Assembly: GCA_003136635.1 (NCBI GenBank)
Contig: PLFD01000035.1
Location: 13,984-77,983 of the forward strand
From: a candidate division FCPU426 bacterium
GTDB taxonomy: Bacteria; Oederibacteriota; Muellerivitia; Muellerivitales; Muellerivitaceae
DNA: 64,000 bases
Direction of reading: 5' to 3'
Positions 1-9,371 of the stretch are shown piece after piece (the first letter of the stretch is position 1; every line of letters starts with the position of its first letter). Position numbers and translations under genes: made by a program. The notes under the pieces were generated by a model, which was given only the letters and a program-made list of their open reading frames with translations, was not told where the DNA came from and did no database searches.

Positions 1-1004
1 TGCGCGTCGGCCCAAAGGACTTGAGCTTTCAGGGAAACAGGATCGCTTGAGGAACCGGAATACTTGTTGGCGTAAACAAAGGCAGGACCGAAGGTCTTAG
101 ATGAGAAGGTTCCCGCAGGCTGATCCCCGTCAGAGCCGAAGCCGTAATGGCCGCCACCGAACATATTCAGCAGTGTGTTGCCGATGTGCTCCGTGAGCTC
201 CCGGTGCATGGGTCCGCCGTCATAATACTCGTGGCTGGGCACCGTCTGCCAGATGCCGTAGGGCGCACTCGTGGAAGCCCAACCCCAAACGTTGAGCTGG
301 CCCAACGGATCGCTATAGGCGTATTTGCACTCCGTGAGTCCGTTATAAATGCCGCTGGTCCACTGGGTCACTTCCTTGGGCGCGCCCGGAACAGCGATTG
401 ACGAATCGCTCGGTGAACCCATTTCACGGAACCGATAGGGGTCTACAGCCAACCAGTTGAAAATAGAACCTACGTAGACGTTTGTTCGCAGTTCGGCGCC
501 GGGATAGTCGGGGTAGCTGGACTGATGGGTAAGAATAACCGTGTCGTAAAAGCCTTGTTGGCCACGATTCAGGTCAAAGTAGGCTGCCGCGTCCATTGGA
601 CTGCCCGTCTGTTGGAGCCACACTTCCGCTTGATTGCCGCCGTTGTCGGCAGGGTTTACCGTCAGTGTATAAGTTGGGTTGTTGAAGGTCGGTCCGCCGG
701 AACCATCGATGTAAAAGTGTCCCCCGCCGCTGCCTCCGGAAAGAAGATTCGTCCCGCTGTAGGTGAAATTAGTGATATTGGCGTTAGTCGTGTCGATGGT
801 AAAAGAAACAATGCCATTGGAAAGAACCACGTTGGATCCGTTTTGAGTTACGGTTACGTTCGCTCCTGTACCTGTTCCACCGCCAGGCACATTAGCGAAA
901 GAGAGGGAAGGAAGACAAACAAGAATGACTAGCCCAATAAGGGTCAAGAAACTTGGTTTCGGGGCGGAGGAAAGTGTAAAACGTTTAAAGTTGAAAAATT
1001 TCAT
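1..1004 (-). CDS. Secreted rhamnogalacturonan lyase, PL4 family (3' end runs off the window; absent from the ORF track)
   Basis: Manual translation from ATG at 1004 is open to position 1: signal peptide MKFFNFKRF...LVILVCLPSLSFA, then PL4-type motifs ECKYAYS, WGW, EYYDGGPMHRELTEH, LLNMFGGGHYG, KTFGPAFVYAN, LWADA. Confidence 0.75.
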   Translation of the reverse strand, partial: MKFFNFKRFTLSSAPKPSFLTLIGLVILVCLPSLSFANVPGGGTGTGANVTVTQNGSNVVLSNGIVSFTIDTTNANITNFTYSGTNLLSGGSGGGHFYIDGSGGPTFNNPTYTLTVNPADNGGNQAEVWLQQTGSPMDAAAYFDLNRGQQGFYDTVILTHQSSYPDYPGAELRTNVYVGSIFNWLAVDPYRFREMGSPSDSSIAVPGAPKEVTQWTSGIYNGLTECKYAYSDPLGQLNVWGWASTSAPYGIWQTVPSHEYYDGGPMHRELTEHIGNTLLNMFGGGHYGFGSDGDQPAGTFSSKTFGPAFVYANKYSGSSSDPVSLKAQVLWADA

Positions 1005-1189
1005 TTCTCAATACCATCCATCAGTTGATTCATCCCCTTCGTCAAAACGGGAGAGGAGAAGATTCCTCCACAACTTGGATGCATATCGAGATCGGTTTAT
1101 TCCATCTTTTAAAAATTTTTTAGAACTTATTGTTTTAAAGGTATTCGACTAAATTTTAACGATAAAGCAGGTGACAAATAAAAGACAAA

Positions 1190-2542
1190 CTACTTCTCAA
1201 CGGCTAGAACTTCAGGCTGGAACCGATCTTCCCCGCCCGAATCGTACTTAAGATCCACTTGATAAAAATAATGGCCGGGAGCGAAAGACTGGATGTTAAG
1301 AACGCTTTGCTGAATCCCAATTGATTGGGCATTCTGTAAACTAGCCGCCAACACCCCTGAAGCGTTCCATACCCTGATAAAGGCCGTACCGCTTCCAGCC
1401 ATGTTGTAAACAAAGTTGACCGTTGGTCCGCTGGAAGGGTTCGAAAAAACATAAGGTTTATTAGCAGGCGCTGGCGGGCTAGGCGTGGGGCTGCAAACCG
1501 CCAGCACCGTTACCGGATTGGAGGTCACTGATCCGGATGGCGCGCCCACATTGAACTGGGCCGTATTGATATAGGACTCATTGCAATTGTTTCCGGTTGT
1601 GATCATTTGAACCGTCGCGGCTGAACCGGCCACTATACTTCCAAGATTCCAAGTTGGGTTCGAACCATTAAAAACTGGAGCCCCAATTGAGGAAGAAACA
1701 TAGGATAACCCATTGGGTAAATCATCAATAAAACTAACGCCATCCGCGTCGGGCGATTGAACGACTTGAACGTTATCAAAAATGACAGCCGAAGCCCCTT
1801 GAACCTGAAGACCAGGATACCCCGGGCCCAAGGAAATAGTGGTACTAGCGGTAGCCACCACCGTTCCATTCACGTAAGCCGTTAATAACACGGGATTGAT
1901 GCCCGATACGGCTAACTTGACCGTATACCATTGCCCGATATTAATATTCGCGCTGGAAGTGACTAAATTTTTATAGGGGGAATTGTCTTGAGCCACGAGG
2001 TTGATGTTATTTAAGGTTCCCTGTGAAAAAGTCATTTGATATTGATTGTTATTAACGTCGTTTCTCCATATTAACCCTGCGGCGTCACCCGAATTGGGGA
2101 AATAGATATCCGCCTGAATGGAACCATCTGTCACGGACCCGGCGGAGATATAGTCCAACCTTCCGCAAAAAGGACTGCAGCCATAATTAAAAACCGCCGA
2201 TACAGCCTGATTTCCCGGCTCGGTGGTGCCATTGAGGCCCGCTGTCACGGTTTCAGAAATGACCGAACCGACTCGGCTGCCGCCATAAGTTACCCATCCG
2301 GCCGGCATGGTTCCCGGTGTATCCCCTTCAAAATTATCAAGAGTTGTCACGGGAACCGCCGAATTGAAATAGGCAAAATTATAAATGACGGGCTGGCCGC
2401 CCATGACCATTGGCGCGGGCGAGGTTTGAGTCAGATTGAGGGATTGGCCCAAAGCAGGATGTGTTCCCCATCCCAGGTTGAGAAAAACTCCCGACATTAA
2501 GAAAATAAAAAACTTAATCCAACCCAATTTCCACTCCCGCAT
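1190..2542 (-). CDS. Secreted beta-sandwich protein (lectin/DUF1080-like + DUF11-like) with a T9SS type A/FlgD-Ig-like C-terminal domain
   Basis: Signal peptide; FIDDLPNGLSYVSS DUF11-like motif; PTPSPP linker; C-terminal YVFSNP...IRVWNASG...APGHYFYQV...LAVEK. Confidence 0.65.
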   Translation of the reverse strand: MREWKLGWIKFFIFLMSGVFLNLGWGTHPALGQSLNLTQTSPAPMVMGGQPVIYNFAYFNSAVPVTTLDNFEGDTPGTMPAGWVTYGGSRVGSVISETVTAGLNGTTEPGNQAVSAVFNYGCSPFCGRLDYISAGSVTDGSIQADIYFPNSGDAAGLIWRNDVNNNQYQMTFSQGTLNNINLVAQDNSPYKNLVTSSANINIGQWYTVKLAVSGINPVLLTAYVNGTVVATASTTISLGPGYPGLQVQGASAVIFDNVQVVQSPDADGVSFIDDLPNGLSYVSSSIGAPVFNGSNPTWNLGSIVAGSAATVQMITTGNNCNESYINTAQFNVGAPSGSVTSNPVTVLAVCSPTPSPPAPANKPYVFSNPSSGPTVNFVYNMAGSGTAFIRVWNASGVLAASLQNAQSIGIQQSVLNIQSFAPGHYFYQVDLKYDSGGEDRFQPEVLAVEK

Positions 2543-3849
2543 TATTTTGAATCCGTCACGGCTTTATATCTAACCAGCCAATCTTTCAGCGCCTGATCAT
2601 CCGGCCTTAATTGAATGACCATTTGAAAACATTCAACGGCGTTAACTTTATTTCCATTACGGTAATAAAGGTTGGCCAGCGCCTGCCACAGAAGGACATC
2701 TTTAGGATTATCTTTAAGCCCATCTATATAGAGCTGGATAGCGTCTTGAAGCTTGCCCTGCTTCTCCAAATCCTGTCCCTGGCTTAATGGATCAGAGTTA
2801 ATTTTAAAATGAACTTCCACATCCTTCGAGGGTTGGGTCGCTTCAGGAACCTTTTGAATCACCGTCACGGGCATTTGAACTGGCACTTCGACCACTTCTT
2901 TTGGCAAATCGAATTGGTAATCCAGACTGATCCGTTGGGACGACCCCAGAGTTCCAAAAAATAAATAGGCGTAATCCAAAGTGAACGCGTTAATTTTCAT
3001 CCCCGCTCCAGCCGTAAGACCGGTAAGACCGTCAATTTGGTTATTATAAAAAGGCATTTGATAACCGGCTCTTAAAGTCCACTGATGGTTCAGGGTTCCC
3101 TCCAATCCGGCTTGGGCATTGCCTACGCTGCCCGGAGTCCAATCTCCGGACAAAGCGGTTAAAAGAGTAAAACGGGGATTGAGGGTTAAAAGACAAGATC
3201 CTCCTGCTTTTAAATCACCCGACAGAGAACTTCCTTCCACCGATGTTCCCAGATTGAGATAGGAAATACCCATTCGCCAACCGGAAGCGGGCTGCCAGAG
3301 AATCCCGATATCCGCAGCCAGACTGGTATAAAGGTTATAAACCACCTTGTCTTGGAGAACTCTCAAAGCCAGACCTGCCGAAAAACCCTGAAACCATTCT
3401 CTTCCCCATCCCGCCGTAAAACCCACATCACTATCATTGTAATTACCCTGGGAATTCCCAAAAACGTCTCTCAGATCCAGTGTTCCCCAGTTAACATAAT
3501 CCAGCGAAAAAGCCAGTCCACCCAAGTCTCCTGCGGGAAATCCAGTGGATAAAATTTCCTGAAAGGTCCCGGCTAAATAACTGTTGTGGTTCAATTCAAT
3601 ATCGGGTGCTTTTAAACCGGAAAGGCCGGCTGGATTAAAATATAAGGAAGAGGTGTCATCCGCGACTCCCACAAAAGCGGAACCCAATCCTATATCGCGG
3701 GCTGAGCCTTCTAGATTTTCCAGTGGATCCGCTAGGCCTGCGGCGCCTGTCACCGTCTGGGCCCCCAGCGAAGAAAAAGAGATCAATAGGGGGAAAAAAA
3801 ATATCAGGCCAAGAGGTTTTAACCTTTTCGCAGCATAAAAACGATTCAT
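2542..3849 (-). CDS. PorV/PorQ-family outer-membrane protein with C-terminal TPR domain
   Basis: SARDIGLGSAFVGVADDTSSLYFNPAGL N-terminal signature; LRAGY, GAG, LDYAY...LGSSQRISLDYQF barrel end; TPR helices at the C-terminus. Confidence 0.8.
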   Translation of the reverse strand: MNRFYAAKRLKPLGLIFFFPLLISFSSLGAQTVTGAAGLADPLENLEGSARDIGLGSAFVGVADDTSSLYFNPAGLSGLKAPDIELNHNSYLAGTFQEILSTGFPAGDLGGLAFSLDYVNWGTLDLRDVFGNSQGNYNDSDVGFTAGWGREWFQGFSAGLALRVLQDKVVYNLYTSLAADIGILWQPASGWRMGISYLNLGTSVEGSSLSGDLKAGGSCLLTLNPRFTLLTALSGDWTPGSVGNAQAGLEGTLNHQWTLRAGYQMPFYNNQIDGLTGLTAGAGMKINAFTLDYAYLFFGTLGSSQRISLDYQFDLPKEVVEVPVQMPVTVIQKVPEATQPSKDVEVHFKINSDPLSQGQDLEKQGKLQDAIQLYIDGLKDNPKDVLLWQALANLYYRNGNKVNAVECFQMVIQLRPDDQALKDWLVRYKAVTDSK

Positions 3850-3856
3850 GGGTTTT

Positions 3857-3865
3857 ATTCTAGCA
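3857..3865 (-). promoter_or_regulatory. Extended -10 element (TGC-TAGAAT) 7 nt before the porV-like ATG; probable leaderless transcript
   Basis: Minus strand reads TGCTAGAATAAAACCCATG with no SD sequence. Confidence 0.45.
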
Positions 3866-3914
3866 GTGAAACGTTTTACGAGAACTTGGAAAGAAAAAAC
3901 TTCGAGTTCTTTAA

Positions 3915-3946
3915 GTCACGGTTTTTGAAAGAACAAAAACCATGAC
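3915..3946 (-). terminator. Hairpin after the anti-sigma gene (no clear U tract)
   Basis: gtcacggtttttg-aaagaa-caaaaaccatgac inverted repeat. Confidence 0.4.
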
Positions 3947-3951
3947 AATCA

Positions 3952-4608
3952 CTATTCAATACTCACATTTTTTGACATCTCAGTTTCGCCCGACTGAATA
4001 TGGATCATGTAATTTCCCGCGGGAGCTTGGACGCCGTTTGTAAGAAGCCCGTCCCAATGAACGGACCATTTTCCGGATGGCAATACACCCTGATAAAGAT
4101 CGCGCACTTTTTGATCTTTCGGGCCAAGGACACAAATTTGAACCGGCGCCGGCTTATCCAATTCCACCATAACGCTCAGCCGGTTTCCCTCAACAGAGTC
4201 GTCTCCCAACCTTTGCGGAACCTCAATCGGCGGCGGCGGTAAAACCTCCGGCTTTTTCGAAACCTCGGCAACTATGGGTTGTTGAGGTAAAATTGCCGTC
4301 ATGGCCGGAACCTTTAACTCCGGATGGGACTTCGTCCGCCAGGTCAGGGAAACCAATCCCACGCCCACCAGAGCGGATAATCCCAAAACCGGCCCAAGCC
4401 AAGACATTGGAGAAATAGAAACAGGCGAATGAAAGTTTTTAGGGATTTTAGGTTCGGGTAATCCCAGAGACAGATACTCCTGATGAAGTATTTCTCCAAA
4501 ACGAGATGACGCTTCTGGAGATTTTTCCAAAAGCTCTTCCAGGCTCTGGGCTTCGGCCTCGGTCAGATTTCGTTTAAAAAATTCATCCACCAGATTGATC
4601 ATTTCCAT
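3952..4608 (-). CDS. Putative anti-sigma factor: N-terminal ASD-like helices, one TM helix, Pro-rich linker, periplasmic FlgD-Ig/CTD-like domain
   Basis: Overlaps the ECF sigma stop; LVDEFFKRNLTEAEAQSLEELL ASD-like start; TM segment; C-terminal KVRDL...WDG...APAGNYMIHI. Confidence 0.7.
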   Translation of the reverse strand: MEMINLVDEFFKRNLTEAEAQSLEELLEKSPEASSRFGEILHQEYLSLGLPEPKIPKNFHSPVSISPMSWLGPVLGLSALVGVGLVSLTWRTKSHPELKVPAMTAILPQQPIVAEVSKKPEVLPPPPIEVPQRLGDDSVEGNRLSVMVELDKPAPVQICVLGPKDQKVRDLYQGVLPSGKWSVHWDGLLTNGVQAPAGNYMIHIQSGETEMSKNVSIE

Positions 4609-5183
4609 CCCTCACTGATCATTCGTTTCACTATTTCTCTCAAATCCGCCGTGCAGCGTGCCAACCGGGACATCACAGTCCCCATAGGAACTTTCAAGGT
4701 CCTGGCGATCTCGACGTAACTGGCTCCCGACCGACTCCTTAATTCAAGAATTTGGCGGCAGGGGCTGCCCATTTTTTCCAACGCGCTGCGAACAATCTCC
4801 GTTTTCACTTTTAACTCTTCGGATCGCGAATGCTCTTCCGCCGATTCCATAGCTTTCGACCGCAATAACCCTTCCAGCGATTCCTGTTCCTGCGCTACCA
4901 ATCGGCCCTTCTGTCGAAAATGCCGGTAGCACTGGTGGATACAAATCTGTGTCAGCCAGGTATTCAAACTCGAACGAAACTCGAACTGAGAAAGTTTTTG
5001 GAATGCTGTCAAAAAAACTTCCTGGAGAATATCCTCAATGGCTGGATCGTTCGCACCCATCATGTAGACGCAAAAACTGTAAAGTTTTTGTTTATGGGCT
5101 TGATAGAGATCAAATTTGGCCCGCTCGTCGCCCTTGAGGACTTTTTCGACCAGTTTCCGCTCGTCCAAAGAATCCCCTATCAT
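4599..5183 (-). CDS. ECF-family RNA polymerase sigma factor
   Basis: EDILQEVF, FEFRSSLNTWLTQI (region 2) and SYVEIARTLKVPMGTVMSRLAR (region 4.2). Confidence 0.93.
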   Translation of the reverse strand: MIGDSLDERKLVEKVLKGDERAKFDLYQAHKQKLYSFCVYMMGANDPAIEDILQEVFLTAFQKLSQFEFRSSLNTWLTQICIHQCYRHFRQKGRLVAQEQESLEGLLRSKAMESAEEHSRSEELKVKTEIVRSALEKMGSPCRQILELRSRSGASYVEIARTLKVPMGTVMSRLARCTADLREIVKRMISEGWK

Positions 5184-5354
5184 TTACTTAGTGCCGTCCC
5201 GAGGAAATATATTCCCGAAACGGTCAAAACAGTCTTAAAAAATGAATAGAACTTTCGCGGAATGAATCCAAGAATGAATAAAAAGGGTTAAAAGGCTTGT
5301 AAAAGACTCAATTTGATAGAAATCGGTTTGAGATCAAAACTTCAAGAAATAGAA

Positions 5355-6842
5355 CTACTTTAACAAAACTCTGCCAACCGCTTCTTTCCAGCCCTCCCAT
5401 AAATGCTTTCGGGTTTTGTCTTTCATCCGGGGACTAAACACTTTATCGACACGGCGGATCTTTTGAATTTCAGGACCATTTTTCCAAAAGCCGATCTGCA
5501 GCCCGGCCAAAAAAGCGGCGCCGATAGCGGTCGTTTCGACCATCTTGGGCCGGTTAATTCTGGCCTTGAGAATGTCAGCCTGAAACTGCATAAGCAGGTT
5601 ATTTTTGCAGGCTCCTCCATCCACCCGAAGCTCCTTGAGTTTTAAACGGGAATCTTTGAGCATGGCATCCACTAGGTCTTTTGTTTGATAGGCCATCGAT
5701 TCCAATGTGGCGCGAACCACATGCTCTTTAGTTGTGCCGCGGGTTAGTCCCACCAAAGCTCCGCGCGCGTGGCCGTCCCAATAAGGGGCTCCCAAACCCA
5801 CAAAAGCCGGAACCAAATAAACGCCGCCCGTATCCGTCACTTTCAATGCCACCGTTTCAGATTCGGGCGAAGATTTAATTAATCCCAAACCGTCCCGGAT
5901 CCATTGAATGGCCGCACCGCCGATAAAAACCGAACCTTCCAGAGCGTAAACCGGTTGGCCTTTGCCGTCGCAAGCCAAGGTCGTCAAAAGCTTATTCTTG
6001 GAAGTAACATATTTCTTACCCACATTCAAAAGAAGAAAACACCCGGTCCCATAAGTATTTTTCAAAGTACCCGGTTCGTGGCAGCCTTGACCAAAGAGAG
6101 CCGCCTGTTGATCACCTGCCATACCGGTGATGGGAATACCAGCACCCAAATAACTTTTTGAGGAAGTGGTTCCAAATAAACTGGCTGAAGCCTTCGCCTG
6201 AGGTAGAAGTGATTCAGACACATGAAGCGTTTTTAAAAGCTGTGGATCCCACCGCTTCGTCTTGATATTAAAAAGAAGTGTGCGGGAAGCGTTGGAATAG
6301 TCCGTGGCGTGAGATTTTCCCTCGGTGAGATTCCATAAAAGCCAGGTATCAATCGTGCCAAAAGCCAATTCACCTTTAGCCGCCCTTTTAGCGGCACCTG
6401 GAACGTTTTGAAGAAGCCACTCTACCTTGGTACCGGAAAAATAAGCGTCGATCACCAACCCCGTTTTATTTAAGAATAATTTTTCCTTGCCCTGTTTTTT
6501 TAATTCGTCACAGCGGTGGGCAGTACGGCGGCATTGCCACACAATGGCTTTATGAATGGGTTTGCCTGTTTTGCGATCCCAGATAACCGCGGTTTCCCGT
6601 TGATTGGTAATACCAATGGCCGCGATTTGAAAGGTTTTTACCCCGGCGGACTTGAGAGCCTTTTTACCTGTTTCTTCGACGGTGCGCTGGATTTCTAAGG
6701 CGTCATGCTCTACCCAACCCGGTTTGGGAAAATACTGGGTGAACTCCCGATAAGCGCTTCCCACCACTTTACCCGAGTGGTCAAAAAGATAAGTCCGGGT
6801 GCCTGTCGTACCCTGATCGATCGCTAAAATCAGTTTTTCCAT
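5355..6842 (-). CDS. glpK: Glycerol kinase
   Basis: ILAIDQGTT, GITNQRET, WQCRRT, DAYFSGTK, GDQQAALFGQ, KNTYGTG; start moved to MEKL at 6842. Confidence 0.96.
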   Translation of the reverse strand: MEKLILAIDQGTTGTRTYLFDHSGKVVGSAYREFTQYFPKPGWVEHDALEIQRTVEETGKKALKSAGVKTFQIAAIGITNQRETAVIWDRKTGKPIHKAIVWQCRRTAHRCDELKKQGKEKLFLNKTGLVIDAYFSGTKVEWLLQNVPGAAKRAAKGELAFGTIDTWLLWNLTEGKSHATDYSNASRTLLFNIKTKRWDPQLLKTLHVSESLLPQAKASASLFGTTSSKSYLGAGIPITGMAGDQQAALFGQGCHEPGTLKNTYGTGCFLLLNVGKKYVTSKNKLLTTLACDGKGQPVYALEGSVFIGGAAIQWIRDGLGLIKSSPESETVALKVTDTGGVYLVPAFVGLGAPYWDGHARGALVGLTRGTTKEHVVRATLESMAYQTKDLVDAMLKDSRLKLKELRVDGGACKNNLLMQFQADILKARINRPKMVETTAIGAAFLAGLQIGFWKNGPEIQKIRRVDKVFSPRMKDKTRKHLWEGWKEAVGRVLLK

Positions 6843-8305
6843 AAGCCGCCCCAAGTCGGAACATCGCTCACATCCAATTTTTGATTCGAGATTAAAATTA
6901 AATCGTCTCCATACTTCACGGGATACCAGATCGTAACCATCTTTTGAATTTCGGCCAAATCCCCCCGGTGCGCGACACAAAGAACGGTTTGCTTCGTTAA
7001 AAACTCCTTTTGAATATCCCCGACATCTTGATAAAGAGGTTCGGCCGCGTGATCAGAGAAAAACAATAAGGCGTTATTGAGCCCAAAAAACTCTTCCCGC
7101 AAGGCGATTAGTTTGTCGCCGTTATCCGCGAAATATTTTATGTAAGGGGCAATAATTCTAGTGTCTTTTTCGCGGTCTTTATCCAGAGCGATTGGCAAAG
7201 CGTTAAGTAAAATAATTGCGACCAACCCTATGGATACAATTCCCTTGATCAGTTTTTCCCGGTTTTCGGGTAAATCAACCCAGTGATAAAGACCATAAGC
7301 CGACACCAAGGCCAAAGCGGGCAAAGACTGCATGAGATACCAAATGTACCGGGTTTTCATACAGCTCATAACAATCAAAACGGTTAATGACCACAACAAG
7401 AGCAGAAGGGTGGTTTCCCTATCTTTTAAATCTCCCCGAATAATTCGAAACAGTCCATAAATGGCAACGGGTATCCACGGCCAATAGAAAATAAAAAGAT
7501 CTTTTATAAATCCCAGATGGGCGTACCAGGCTTCGGGCCTATCATCAGAAACTTTACCTAAAATAATGAATTTCAAATGAGTATTAATAAAATCCTGGCC
7601 GCCCACCACATATTGGCTGGCCACCCATACCGCGCCAACACCCACTGCGGTCAGCACACCGCCCCAGAAATGTACGTTGATAAAAATCTTCCACCGGCCG
7701 GCCAGAATAAGAAATAAAAAAGTAATCAGTAGCGGAAAAACACCCAAGGCGCTCTTCGTTAAAATAGCCAGCCCGATGGACAATCCCCACAACCAGAAAT
7801 ACTTAGGATTTTTGCGCAGAGCCAGCACTAAAGCGGTCAAGGCCAGAGTGACGAAAAAGGCCAGAGTCACATCCAGCATGGAATGCCTGGCGTATTTAAA
7901 GAAGGGATAGGTGGTAGATAAAATAAAGGCGGCCAAAAAACCCTGAGTGCTGTCAAAAAGAATTTTGCCCAGGTAATAAATAAGAAAGACTGTCAGAAAA
8001 CCCATGAGCGCCGATGGAAATTTTGCCGCGTAGACGCTAAATCCAAAAACCTTATAAGAAAGAGCCACCAACCACATAAACAAGGGAGCGTTATGGTAAG
8101 CCGCCGCCCCGTTAAAATGCAGAATGACCCAGTTGCCTGTCTTTAATATTTCTTTGGCTTCTTCCGCGTAAAAACAGTCGTCATAGTTGGCTAAACCGTT
8201 TAACCCGAGCTTGCTGAAAAAAACCGTCATGGAAAAAAGGATTAAAAACAATAATCTGAAATTTTCTTTTAAAACCAATTCATTGAAACTTATTTTCTTT
8301 TTCAA
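6830..8305 (-). CDS. ArnT/PMT-like (GT83/GT39) integral membrane glycosyltransferase
   Basis: DD..YAEEAKE, APLFMWLVA, KFPSAL, many TM helices, LTKS motif. Confidence 0.85.
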   Translation of the reverse strand: MKKKISFNELVLKENFRLLFLILFSMTVFFSKLGLNGLANYDDCFYAEEAKEILKTGNWVILHFNGAAAYHNAPLFMWLVALSYKVFGFSVYAAKFPSALMGFLTVFLIYYLGKILFDSTQGFLAAFILSTTYPFFKYARHSMLDVTLAFFVTLALTALVLALRKNPKYFWLWGLSIGLAILTKSALGVFPLLITFLFLILAGRWKIFINVHFWGGVLTAVGVGAVWVASQYVVGGQDFINTHLKFIILGKVSDDRPEAWYAHLGFIKDLFIFYWPWIPVAIYGLFRIIRGDLKDRETTLLLLLWSLTVLIVMSCMKTRYIWYLMQSLPALALVSAYGLYHWVDLPENREKLIKGIVSIGLVAIILLNALPIALDKDREKDTRIIAPYIKYFADNGDKLIALREEFFGLNNALLFFSDHAAEPLYQDVGDIQKEFLTKQTVLCVAHRGDLAEIQKMVTIWYPVKYGDDLILISNQKLDVSDVPTWGGLWKN

Positions 8306-8314
8306 AAAAATTCC

Positions 8315-9058
8315 TTAATCCAATTTGAAAATATTAAACCGGATAATTTTCATTTTGGTCAGGCGAAACTGTAGGGCCGTCCAAAGACAACCCAGTCCAT
8401 AGATTGAACTTCGGGCAAAATTAATGGAAGAAGCTTCAGCGAAATATTTGGCCGGGCAGGTTATTTCGGCAATTTTGAAACCAAAAAACTGAATCTGCGA
8501 AAGCATTTGATTATCAAACACAAAATCGTCGGAGTTTTTTTCCATCGGTACTGTTTCTAAAACCTTTCGGGTAAAGGCACGGTAACCTGTGTGATATTCG
8601 GATATTTTGGCTCCGATCAGAATGTTTTGTGTCAGAGTCAAAAAACGATTGCTGATGTATTTGTAGAAAGGCATGCCTCCCGCCAAAGCCTGACCGCCCA
8701 AAATCCGGGATCCCAGAACCACGTCATAAAGCCCGGATTCCAGTAAATAAGCCATCGGCGCGATCAGTTTGGGAGTGTATTGATAATCCGGATGAAGCAT
8801 GATGACGATATCCGCGCCGGATTTTAAGGCCGCCTTGTAGCAGGTTTTCTGGTTTCCGCCGTAGCCGCGGTTTTGGGGTTGCACAATCGTCTTAATTCCG
8901 AGCTTTTTCGCCACTTTTATCGTCGCGTCTTTGCTGGCGTCATCTACCAAAATCACTTCATCCACAATATCTTTGGGAATTTCCGCGTAGGTATCTTTGA
9001 GAGTTTTTTCGGCGTTGTAAGCCGGCATCACCACGACAATTTTCTTTTTCCGGATCAC
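8315..9058 (-). CDS. Glycosyltransferase family 2 (DPM1-like)
   Basis: VVMPAYNAE, VDDASKD, NRGYGGNQK, HPDYQY, GYRAF. Confidence 0.92.
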   Translation of the reverse strand: MIRKKKIVVVMPAYNAEKTLKDTYAEIPKDIVDEVILVDDASKDATIKVAKKLGIKTIVQPQNRGYGGNQKTCYKAALKSGADIVIMLHPDYQYTPKLIAPMAYLLESGLYDVVLGSRILGGQALAGGMPFYKYISNRFLTLTQNILIGAKISEYHTGYRAFTRKVLETVPMEKNSDDFVFDNQMLSQIQFFGFKIAEITCPAKYFAEASSINFARSSIYGLGCLWTALQFRLTKMKIIRFNIFKLD

Positions 9059-9073
9059 AGCGGGCCTTTCAAA

Positions 9074-9325
9074 TTAATTGCTTTTGATCATCCGAATGAC
9101 GATCAACAATACCACCGCTCCGCCCACGGATACCGCTAAATCACCCCAAATACCACCCGCCATTTGAATATGAAGAACGCTTAAAAAAGTGCCTCCTAAG
9201 ACAGCTCCCAAAACGCCAATAATCAGATCTGGAAGCAGTCCCAAACCTCTCCCCTGAACAACAATACCAGCCAACCAGCCCACCAGAATGCCGCATAAGA
9301 TTTGAAGAATGAAATGCAAATGCAT
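9074..9325 (-). CDS. GlsB/YeaQ/YmgE (transglycosylase-associated) membrane protein
   Basis: GWLAG...G.GLL.DLIIGVLGAVLGG...GAVVLL pattern. Confidence 0.88.
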   Translation of the reverse strand: MHLHFILQILCGILVGWLAGIVVQGRGLGLLPDLIIGVLGAVLGGTFLSVLHIQMAGGIWGDLAVSVGGAVVLLIVIRMIKSN

Positions 9326-9371
9326 AAAATTTCCCCCGAAGTTAAGTTACTGGTTGAGAAATGAAACTATA

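Noticed and set aside
147-1152. Plus-strand ORFs 147..401, 525..932 and 925..1152
   Set aside because: They lie opposite the PL4 lyase frame, which the ORF track missed because it runs off the window
5184-5216. GGAATA-N15-GCACTAA upstream of the ECF sigma as an autoregulatory promoter
   Set aside because: Single instance with no second copy found in the window; too weak to call
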